This document shows, one piece after another, positions 49,193-59,800 of a DNA stretch of 64,000 nucleotides. Source of the stretch: Minutocellus sp. GHC0000111 (taxonomy: Eukaryota); NCBI GenBank assembly GCA_977018835.1, contig OZ361257.1:2976001-3040000 (forward strand), read 5' to 3'. The notes below the pieces were generated by a model. It made no database searches. It was not told the origin of the DNA and worked only from the letters and a program-made list of their open reading frames with translations. A program made the translations under genes and the position numbers. The stretch's first letter is position 1. Each line of letters starts with the position of its first letter.

Positions 49193-51172
49193 TTACGACT
49201 TCTGTTCATCTTTAAGCCGATCGTTGAAGTCGAGAATGCGAAGAACAATGTGTTTCCGCCACATTTTCATGTCTGCCTCCTCGTAATCCGGATGTTTTCC
49301 CTTGGAGAGAAAGTCGCACAGCAACATAGCAAAAATGCCACAGTCGTATCCGTTGGTTTGCGTTGGACCTTCCGGCGCATAAACAATTCTCCACTCCTCT
49401 ACGTCCGGAAGTGCAGAGCCATTCAGTTCTTTGTGGAGATCTTTTAGGTATTGAAAAATCCCATCGGCATACTCCGTGATCAAACTGTGATAAGGATCAT
49501 AGAATCGAACGACCTTCTTCCTCAGGTCCACAACGACGACGACCCAGTGACTTTGGTTGTGGTGAATTGGCACGAACCAGTAGTCCTTCTTGAACAAGCC
49601 GCCTTTGCGATGCCAACGACGTACGCAATCAAAGTTGTACTTTCGCAACTTTGGCTTGGGATCTTGATCGATGGCATTCTTCTTCTTGCTGCCCCTTGTG
49701 AAATGCTTGGGCTTACAATCGGTAAGCTCATCGGTCTTTTCTTCCGGATGCAGACTCCAGTAGAAGAATGTAGAAAAAAAGGCCGAGCGCGGCTCTTCAT
49801 GTCGTAGCGTCATTAGGAAGTAGTTCATGCCTTCGTCATCCATCCATTTGTCGCGAGCCTTGAGACTGAAGGCGTATCGAAATCGACGAAATGACTTCCG
49901 CTTCATGGAGTTAGTCGAGGATGTTACCAATACTTCGTCGTCGTCCCCTGTCTGGAAGACAGCTTCCACTCGTTGAAGTTCCTCTGGCGAAAGATCAGGA
50001 GGGCGAGTAACAGATGGTGGTCGTTGGCCTTCGGCATCCACTCCTTCACCATGCGATGAAGATGCATCCGAATCGATTCCGTTGGCATGTTCTTGCGATT
50101 TGGCAGGATGACATGCAGGTGACGACGTTGCGTGAATGGATGCTTGCTGCTGGGAACGCTGAGAGATTCACTGGGCATGGACGCTGGAGGAAAGGGAACA
50201 GGAATTCCATGAGATAATAACATGTGTAATATAAAACATGAAAATAGTTCAGGAAAGCATGCTCTCTCTGCCAATTCGATTAAACTCACCCAATGGGGCC
50301 TCCGATTCGGAAATTCCTTTCGTCAGGGGAAGACCAAGAGTGCCTAAAACCGTAACCGTTCCCGTGAGATCACGAAGCGCAAATGGATACAGAGTGGCGA
50401 CAAGGACGGGATCGAGATCGATGCCGATGCCGAGATCGGAATGCAGTCCAGGAACGAGACAGGGAGCGCGACCTAGAGCGTGACCGGGAGCGCAACCGGG
50501 AGGACGACCGATTGCGAGAACGACTCCGCGAACGAGATCTGGAATGGTGTGAAGACAGGCTCGGTGAGGAAGAACGGCTCTTACGCCGTGTCAAGGAGCG
50601 GCTCTGTGATTGAGGTCTATGAGGAGGAGAGCGGCTTTTACGGCGGGAACGAGAGCGAGAACGACTGCGCCGACGCGCACGACCCCGATGGCGGTCGTAA
50701 GGTCGATCAGGAGGAGAGCGGCTTTCGCGACGACGGCGGGAACGAGAGCGAGAACGACTACGCCGACGAGATCGTCTCCGATGGCGGTCGTGGCGGCGAC
50801 GGTTACGGTGGTCACTACGGGAACGGCGGCTGTCGCGGAGGCGGCTCTCCTCAACACCGTCACTTGAGGATGACGAAGCGGACCGACTGTGGCAGACAGA
50901 CAGGCACGGCCGTGGAATGAAAATGAAATAACAACATGAGCAGAAGTCCACTCACTCAACAATTGACATGAAACATCCAGCGCAACACACCAACATTGCA
51001 CACAAAAGAATTACTTGGAATGATTGGAAAAGAACGCAACAACAAAAGAGAAACATTGAAATCAAGATGCGCACCTACGCCCCTTCACCGACACCTCATC
51101 TGGAGCTGAATCAGAATTGACAGCGCCTGACGACGCCGCCGTTTCAAGCTGGCCCGAAATCGAGGACGACAT
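49193..51172 (-). pseudogene. RS-rich Ulp1/SENP (C48) SUMO protease; exons 51172-51075, 50886-50290, 50183-49193; two in-frame TGA upstream of the intact catalytic domain
   Basis: WMDDEGMNYFL, FFSTFFY, WFVPIHHNQSHWVVVVVD, FYDP, PTQTNGYDCGIF (His-Asp-Cys triad plus Gln); phase-matched GT-AG introns; TGA at 50370-50372 and 50168-50170. Confidence 0.85.
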
Positions 51173-51618
51173 GTGACACCGCAAAGAAAGAGGAGGATGG
51201 GACAGTGTTGCGTCGGGGGACAGCAATAGGACTTGCCGATAGGGCACCTGGCCTACCGGCATGCAAAACGGCAAAATGAGCAATGCCGTTGGTTTGAATG
51301 GAATATAAAATGTATACAGCAACGAATACAATGTATGTTCGAGCGAGGATGATTCGAGGCACAAGCCAAATGCAATGTGACCAGGGAGCAGTAGCACTAC
51401 TACTTTTAGTAGAGTTAGTAGTGCCCGACGTGAATTCACGTCCGACGTGAATTCACGTCGGAACAAAAAATACGGACAACGGACGGACGAACGTGAATTC
51501 ACGTTAACGTGAAAAAGCGCGTTCTCGATACGACGGACCCAGTTGGCTGGTCGTCCTGCGTACTACGGACAGTTTGCGCCATAATCTCATAGATCTAGGC
51601 CTACCGCACCGCAGCAAC

Positions 51619-53244
51619 ATGCACAACCTGCTGGCAGTGCTCATCGTCGGAGCGGCATCATGCTCATCGTCGGCTGCGGCATCCGAGCTCAGCTCTCTCT
51701 GGGGCTCGCTCTTTGGAGACGGCGACGGCGGTGAGGCCGACTGCTCTTCATCAACCACCGCCGGTGAATGCAGGGGAGATGTCGGCCCTGCCATGTTTGC
51801 CTATGATTTGATCGCCGAGTTTGGTGAAGAGGGATATCGTCGTCGCATCAAGGAAGCCTTTGGAGGGGAGGCACCGCCCTCAGCATCGCCGGCTTATGGG
51901 ACCGACGTATCCTTTCCAATTCACAGCCATACCGTTTCGACCAATTACGATTGGCTTCCGCACAATACCCATCCAGAGGAATACTCAATCGCACCGGAAT
52001 ATCAAGACCAGCCCGTTCAGACCTTGGGAAATAAGGAGGCAGAGTACAATGCCTACGTCCAAGGGTGCAGGGATCACTATGGAAAGAAGGCAAGGGCATG
52101 TGACGAAAGTGAGCGAGATCGGATCAACATGAATCTTCGGCAACCAGCGGCGATGCAGAACTACACCGACCTCGGATTTCGAAAGGTCCAGGCACCGAAG
52201 GAAATCATGAGCCTTCTGACCAACTTCTGGGAACGCAACAAGAACCGTCAGATTCAAGAACGTTGGAGCACTGGCAACACATATGTCAATCATTGGGAGA
52301 CCGACACGTACATGCTGAGTGTGGACAACCCGAGTCTTGAAGGGGGAGGATCGCACTTGAAGCAAAAGATATGGGACATGGCCAAGCAGACCCTGGAGCA
52401 ATGGTCCAATCAGGAGTTATCGCCCTCTTCGCTCTATGGCATTCGGGTCTACAAAGAAGGCGCCGTTCTGGCACCTCACGTTGACAGATTGCCTCTGGTG
52501 ATATCTTGCATAATCAACGTGGCACAGGATGCGGATGCCGAGCCATGGCCACTTGAATTGTACGCCCACGATGGTCAGGCGTACAACGTGACAATGGAAG
52601 TCGGAGACATGGTGTTGTATGAATCGCATTCCGTTGTACTTGGTCGGCCATTCCCCTTGAAAGGAAAATACTACAGCAATGTTTTTGTGCATTTTGAACC
52701 ACTCGGCCACAGTTTGCGACACGAAGCTCGTATTACCGGCGGCAACGACGACGGAGCTCTATTCGATGTGGCCCTGAAAGTGCCCGCGGCAAATCGAGTC
52801 ATGGACGATCTGCCGCCATACATTCTCAAGGGCACCCTCGAAGAGGAACGATGGAGGCAGCAGCATAAGAAACGCGAAACTACCGGCGAATCGACGGGAG
52901 CTAGGGAATTTGTGGATGGGGTTGTCACTCCAGCTCACACTGCCGCTGGAGATGGAGACTTAGATATCATACGAATGATCGCAGCAAGCAACGAGAAGGG
53001 CCAATTTCATGTGAAGGATCCCAATGGTTGGCAACCACTTCACGAGGCAGCAAGATATGGCTCCGTGGAGATTGTCGAGATATTGATTGAACATGGGGTT
53101 GATATCAATGCCCGTCCAAACGATGGTTTGGGCGGCTCTCCTTTGTGGTGGTCCGACACTACTCATGGAGAGAATAGTCCCGTGTCGAAACTTCTTCGAA
53201 AGCATGGTGCCAAGAACATTCCTCCATCGCCCATTGGGAAATAA
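51619..53244 (+). CDS. 2OG-Fe(II) oxygenase-like + ankyrin protein (paralogue 2; intronless; distal His replaced by Leu)
   Basis: Same architecture as paralogues 1 and 3 in one ORF; ESHSVVLGRP instead of ESHSV(L/V)HGRP. Confidence 0.8.
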   Translation: MHNLLAVLIVGAASCSSSAAASELSSLWGSLFGDGDGGEADCSSSTTAGECRGDVGPAMFAYDLIAEFGEEGYRRRIKEAFGGEAPPSASPAYGTDVSFPIHSHTVSTNYDWLPHNTHPEEYSIAPEYQDQPVQTLGNKEAEYNAYVQGCRDHYGKKARACDESERDRINMNLRQPAAMQNYTDLGFRKVQAPKEIMSLLTNFWERNKNRQIQERWSTGNTYVNHWETDTYMLSVDNPSLEGGGSHLKQKIWDMAKQTLEQWSNQELSPSSLYGIRVYKEGAVLAPHVDRLPLVISCIINVAQDADAEPWPLELYAHDGQAYNVTMEVGDMVLYESHSVVLGRPFPLKGKYYSNVFVHFEPLGHSLRHEARITGGNDDGALFDVALKVPAANRVMDDLPPYILKGTLEEERWRQQHKKRETTGESTGAREFVDGVVTPAHTAAGDGDLDIIRMIAASNEKGQFHVKDPNGWQPLHEAARYGSVEIVEILIEHGVDINARPNDGLGGSPLWWSDTTHGENSPVSKLLRKHGAKNIPPSPIGK

Positions 53245-53304
53245 ATGAATGTATGAGTAATAAATAGCAAAGCATTTCTATTCTATTTATCCTATTGGTG
53301 ATGT

Positions 53305-54957
53305 TTAGAATTCCTCCAGACTGCTTCCAGCTTCCCGGAGGACCTTGGCAATCTCCGAATCCTCTCCAAATTCGTGATGAAGAGCAATAGCAAGCGCCGA
53401 CTCGCCGTTCTTCGTTCTGGCGTCAGCATCAGCCCCCTCATCCAATAGGAATTTGACGGCGTCGACACGGTTGGATCGGGCAGCTTCATGGATGGGCTCC
53501 CATCCATTCTCATCAGGCTGAAAGAGAATGTCCCGCTTCTTGCTTGATGCAATCGCTTTGAGGCTTTTAATATCCCCAGCAGCAGCGAGACGGTGTGCCT
53601 CTGTCGGCCCCAAATCGTCGTCATTTCGATTCTCCCTCTCCCATTTCTTCGCTTCAGGACTTCCAGGAATGATATAGCTCGGCATCGACCCGAAATCCGC
53701 TCCTAAAACCGGCTGAAAGTGGACAAAAACATTGGCGAAATAGCGTCCCTTCAAGGGGAATGGACGTCCATGTACCACAGAGTGACTCTCATACAGTACC
53801 ATGTCACCGGGCTGCATTAAAAATGTTGAAAAACGATGAAAAGTAAATGTGAGCATTGCGCCAATGCCAACGAAGAAGCATTATGTCGATGCCAAAGGAG
53901 AAAACATCTCAACGAAACAAAAGGATACAGATTTTCAACTGAGCTTCTTACCTCCATTGTGATATTACGAGCAATGCCATCGTGAGTGTAGACCTCCAGC
54001 GGCCAAGGCTCGTCCACGTCCTGAGCCACGTTGATGATACAGCTGGACACAAGAGGCAATCTGTCGACATGCGGAGCCAGCACCGCGCCTTCTTTGTAGA
54101 CTCTAATGCCATACAACGACGATGTAGTCAAATCCTGGCCAGTCCACTCTCTCACGGAGTCAACTGCAGCGTCCCAGATCATGGCCTTCAACTCAGAACC
54201 TCCTCCTTTCAGCTCAGCATTTTCCACACTCAGCATGTACGACGGCATCTCCCAGTGGTTGACGTATGTGTTACCAGTGCCCCATTGCTCGGGATATTCA
54301 AGTCCTTCATTGTCCTCCCAGAATTTGGTCAGAAGGGTCATGAGAGCCTCTGGTGCCTAATGTGAGCAATATGAGTGAGAATGACCACATATTCGTTTTC
54401 GCGAAAGCAAAGATGCATGGACGCCGTGTGAGTATTATGAACATACAATACAACCAAGCGATCAAGATCATAACCTCAAGTAAATGTTCCACGCGACTAG
54501 CATTCATTTCCAGACCAATAAGTAAGTGATGAGTAAATGGAAACAGCTTTGGCTCTCGCTCCTTGGTCGCTCGCCAAAGAGAACCCCAGACCAATGATCA
54601 GATATCCACCAGTTGCTCCACAAGTAGTCGACTCACTCTAATCTTCTTAATCCCGAAATCAGTGTAGTTCACCATCGACTGGGGCTGCCTTCGATTCATT
54701 TGGATGCGATCCTTTTCTGTCTGATCGCATGCCGCTTTGCATCGGTCACAGCTCTCCCGGCAGCCGTTGATGAGGTTGTCGTACCAGGTGGCCTTGTCGC
54801 CCAAAGGGTTATCGGAGATGGTCTGCATGGAGTGGATCGGGTACGACACGTCCACGCCAGAGTAAGGTGCAGAGGTGGACGTACATTCCGCCTCCTCGGC
54901 AGATGCCAAACAGGTTCGAAGGGCCACCAGAAGAAGCGGTAGCAGCAGGTGGCTCAT
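53305..54957 (-). CDS. 2OG-Fe(II) oxygenase-like + ankyrin protein (paralogue 3; 3 exons)
   Basis: Signal peptide; GVDVSYPIH, SLYGIRVYKEGAVLAPHVDRLPLV, ESHSVVHGRPFP, GWEPIHEAARS; C-terminal EEF. Confidence 0.8.
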
Positions 54958-55155
54958 GGTTGAGTTTTATTTATGGCGGTTTCGTTTTCATTCTGCGAAA
55001 GGGCCTGCTATTAATATTTCCCCGTGACGTCGAATCGACTGGCCGACCACCTCTGCTGCTGCTGCAACACGCCGCGTCATTTTATTTGCCGAAAGATGGT
55101 GGTCCAACGGAGCAGCAGCACCAAGCGGCCATCATCTGCCCAAGGACCAGGAACC

Positions 55156-56669
55156 ATGTCCGCGCCCAGTGGCAGCAGCATTAGACGAGCGCTGTCCTCT
55201 GTAGCGACACCACTGACCGTCGCCTTTTGGACGACGATCGTGTGCGTGCATCATGCCACCGATGCAGCGGCAGCTGCAGCTTCGTCAAACGGGACTACTG
55301 CTGGCGGCGCAGAGGGCGGCAGCAGTGGCGGAATCGGCGGCAGCCTCAGCTGGTCACTTATCAAGGAAGCTGTCCAAGGGACGGCTCTGCGTGCCGTGGA
55401 GGGTGGGCCGGAGAATTTGCAGCCCATCGACCTGCTCTTTTGCGGAGTGCTCATCATCATGGCCCTCGAGCTTTTGAGCTTCCTCATCAAGCGGTCCGGA
55501 AGTGAGTACAAAGCGTAGCTGCGAGATACGGAGTTAGTTATGGGAGTGCTGCTTTTGCAATGGATTGTTATCCTGCCGTTTGCTCACTTATTTCAATTCA
55601 TGTATGTACCTCGTCTCTCAAATGCTTTACAGACTGGTTCCACAGCAAGCTCATACCTGTCCGTGGAAAGCATCTGGACGAACTGAGTGTCAAGGACCAC
55701 CTATTCATTGGGATGAATCGGATAGCGACCGCACCATTTGTCTACTTTCTCTTGAGATATCTGTATCACGAGCCCAATGCCGTTTGGGACCCTCGAAAGA
55801 TGACCGCCACCAATGTCCTCCTCCCAATACCCGTCATCTTTGTCATATACGACTTCTTCTACACACTCCTTCATTGGGCGCTTCACATCAAGGCCATCTA
55901 TGGCTACATCCACAAGCACCACCACCACCAAAAGGCCCCGAGGTATGTATCGAATCATTGGTGGGAAATTGCATGCTGTTGGGAAGGCTTTAATATCAAT
56001 TTTCCTCACAACACGAGTGTGCTTCATTTTTCTTTCTTTCATCCTTCTGTAGCCGAGCCACCGTCGACGCCATCAATGTCCATCCTGTGGAATTCTTCCT
56101 TGGAGAGTATAATCACATCTTTGCGTGCTTTTTGTATTGTCGGCCATTGGGTATGGAACTGCATGCTGCCACGACCATCATCTTTCTCGTCATTGGTGCA
56201 GTCCTTGCCGGACTGAACCATACTCGGTACGACTGTGTCATCTCCCTCCTTGGCGTAACATTGTACGATTCCAAGGTTCACGACGTTCACCATCGCATCC
56301 CACAGAGCAACTATGGGCAGTACATTATGCTCTGGGATCATTTGTTTGGAAGCTTCCGGTAAGTATTCTCATGTACATGTGAATGCTTGGCTTATTTATT
56401 TTCCCGTCGAGATTTCTTTGTTCTCATCTTCCCTGCCCCTACATTTTCACTTATCCTGGACTGATCACGCTGGTTACAACAGAGAATACAACCCGAACGA
56501 TCGAGTCAATCCAAAGGCGCAGCTTGACCCCCAATCGGGAAAGTCTTTGCAATACATGGAGTCCAAGAAGAAGCAGGTCAAAAAAAATCTGACATGCATT
56601 ACATACATGTGTATGCGACTCATCACAGTTCCAGGTGGATCGCTCACCATAGTGAAACGGACAAAATAA
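55156..56669 (+). CDS. Fatty-acid hydroxylase / sterol desaturase family protein, 4 exons
   Basis: His boxes YDFFYTLLHWALH, IHKHHH, VHPVE, LNHTR, HDVHHRIPQSNYGQY..LWDHLFGS; GT-AG introns restore the frame. Confidence 0.85.
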
Positions 56670-56802
56670 GGCCCTTTTGTGCTGACGTACTGTAGAAAGC
56701 ACGTCATTTTACCCTCATCACCATGGTGAACTGCCGCTCTCTGCCGCTGTAGTCAATACTTTCACGAAGTGAGCACGCCGAAGGCAAGCTGATACCCATC
56801 CG

Positions 56803-59800
56803 CTAATTGAGCGGCGGCAGCATCTGGAAATTCCCCACGCATCAAAAGTTGTCACACCACAAAATTATCAACCCGTCGTCAAAATCGCACGACATGAGAC
56901 GACTTGGAGGTGCGATGCTGAGAGAGCCACAGCCTCCCAATCGCTCCAACATTCAAGAAATATTCGCCCAACATATCCAATGAGGCATTGTTGTGGTTGA
57001 TTGTTGCGAAAACGCGTTGCATCTTCCCCTCGATCGGCCGCTTCCGGAGAGCAAAGTTTCGTTCGTAGGCGTCGTTTTTTGCGTGATTTTCTCCCCTCGA
57101 TAACACATGATGTGCTGCAAATTTTCTGACCGGACCTTTGATGTCCCCAAACTTCAATACATCTACTTTGGGGACCCGATCGAGGCAGGCTCGCTCGTAG
57201 CATTCAAAATGCCATAATCAAGGGGAACAAAAGCTGCCCGGTGACCTTCGGCTGTTTTAGTTGAAATTCACATCGGGACCAAAAATCCCGTGGTTTTTGG
57301 TAGATGTGACACTGAAAAGAAAAGCCTTATGCTTGTCCGAAAATGATCCACCTGAAACTGTGATGCGGCATGCATGCATCTGTCGGACTTCTTGTCTTTG
57401 TTTTTGCATGTGGACGGACATTCCTACTAAGCACCCTAATCATTAGATGATTTGTGTTGTACCACTTGTTTCTGCGTCGTTACAAGTAGCTAGATCTATG
57501 TAGCTCTAGATCTAGATCTATGTCATCATTGCCGGTCGGTTGTTGACTGACGACGAGCAACAACAACATCAATCCCCCATTTTTTTTATTTTTTTGCTCC
57601 CTTTTGTAGATCTAGATCTACGTTATTGATACTCGTTCTTACTGATGCAAATGAGGCTACCTATTCAATTGAATTTGGTTCTAACTTTTCATTGTGACAG
57701 ATAGATTTACATGCAAGCTATGTTTAGCGGGAGACGACGACGACCACCACCACCACCACCCACCCTTTTTTGTGCGCCGTTTGTACGAATCGTAGTCTGT
57801 CCGTCGTCAGTCAACCTAAGAAAATGACGTGTCTCGATGTCCCTCGTCATCCGCGCCACGTCCATGGATGATTCTGACGGCATCGGCAGGCGAACTCCAC
57901 GCCGGTCACACCTTCTCTCGACCATCCACAAAACCCCGCAGCTAACCTCTCTGAAACTGCCTGCCGCGACGACACGAGCTGGTGGTTGCAATCGCATCAT
58001 CAGAGCGACAAACAGCCCATCGAAGTTGTCGCTGCCTCCGCTCCCCTGCCTTGGTAAGCAGAAAGAGTGGGCTCAAACAAGTCCGTCCAGATGAAATGTT
58101 TGCAAGTGAGAATGAAAAAATGCGGACGATGGGGGCGACACACCGCTGCCGCGGCAGGCATCAGAAGTTCTGGCCCCGAAGAGACTGAGAGAAGCAAATG
58201 AAAAACGCGCCGATGCAGATCGACATGCAGCCAGCCGCCCCAATGCATGTGTAAAAAGAAGGCAAATATCATCGCCGAGTACTTTGGCATCGTGCTGCTG
58301 CAAGCATCATTGTTCGCATCCCCCACCACACAACACAAAAAATCGATCCGAGCACAAACTTTGGTGGCGGCAAAAGTTTGGATGCTGCCACAACTCCAAG
58401 GCGAGGCCGGGAACGACGACAACGGCAACACAGCAATAACAAGCACATGGTGGAACACTCCAATGCAATTGTCTCATCAGACTCGTCATGCTGCTGGCGC
58501 CTCGAGCCGGAGGAGGCATCCGTCTCATCATTCATCATCGTGGTCCACTTCGCCGATCATGTCTGCAACCGAACCACTATTTCCGGGTTGCATCCACTAG
58601 ATCTCGCGAAGTCCAGTCAGCCGCTCGCTCGCTCCGTCTGTTTGTTTTACGTCATGGAAAGTCGGGATTTCTGAGATTGTCGTCATCACTTTTTGATTTT
58701 TCTGGAATTCCCAAGGCCTCAAATGAATGGTCATCGCTTTCTGCCCTGCCTTTTTTCCCCTCGCTCGCCTGTCAACTCAACCTCTCACCATTTTCATACC
58801 CGAACACCTACACTTCATCGAATCCACATCGAATACAATGAACAACAATAACATGAATCCCTTTGCCTCGCTCCAGTACAGCGATCCAATCCTCCAGCAG
58901 TACTATCTGACGGTTCAGCAGAGTCTGCTTGCCAAGTCTCTCGAGGGTGACACAACAACGAGCACAAAGGCCTCCAGCACGAACAGCAGCAGCAGAGACT
59001 AATTGAGCGGCGGCAGCATCTGGAAATTCCCCACGCATCAAAAGTTGTCACACCACAAAATTATCAACCCGTCGTCAAAATCGCACGACATGAGACGACT
59101 TGGAGGTGCGATGCTGAGAGAGCCACAGCCTCCCAATCGCTCCAACATTCAAGAAATATTCGCCCAACATATCCAATGAGGCATTGTTGTGGTTGATTGT
59201 TGCGAAAACGCGTTGCATCTTCCCCTCGATCGGCCGCTTCCGGAGAGCAAAGTTTCGTTCGTAGGCGTCGTTTTTTGCGTGATTTTCTCCCCTCGATAAC
59301 ACATGATGTGCTGCAAATTTTCTGACCGGACCTTTGATGTCCCCAAACTTCAATACATCTACTTTGGGGACCCGATCGAGGCAGGCTCGCTCGTAGCATT
59401 CAAAATGCCATAATCAAGGGGAACAAAAGCTGCCCGGTGACCTTCGGCTGTTTTAGTTGAAATTCACATCGGGACCAAAAATCCCGTGGTTTTTGGTAGA
59501 TGTGACACTGAAAAGAAAAGCCTTATGCTTGTCCGAAAATGATCCACCTGAAACTGTGATGCGGCATGCATGCATCTGTCGGACTTCTTGTCTTTGTTTT
59601 TGCATGTGGACGGACATTCCTACTAAGCACCCTAATCATTAGATGATTTGTGTTGTACCACTTGTTTCTGCGTCGTTACAAGTAGCTAGATCTATGTAGC
59701 TCTAGATCTAGATCTATGTCATCATTGCCGGTCGGTTGTTGACTGACGACGAGCAACAACAACATCAATCCCCCATTTTTTTTATTTTTTTGCTCCCTTT

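Larger units (their letters stand above)
45767..51526. mobile_element. 5.76 kb TIR DNA element without a recognisable transposase (MULE- or KDZ/Zisupton-like), carrying chromatin-related cargo
   Basis: 48-56 bp TIRs GAG(TG/AA)CGCGCTTTTTCACGTTAACGTGAATTCACGTTCGTCCGTCCGT; flanking direct repeat GATACGAC(C/G) at 45758-45766 and 51527-51535; subterminal ACGTGAATTCACGT repeats. Confidence 0.9.

Noticed and set aside
56868..58841. Short ORFs inside the 2196-bp repeat unit as separate genes
   Set aside because: They show no recognisable motifs; the region is best explained as HSF upstream/5' UTR sequence.
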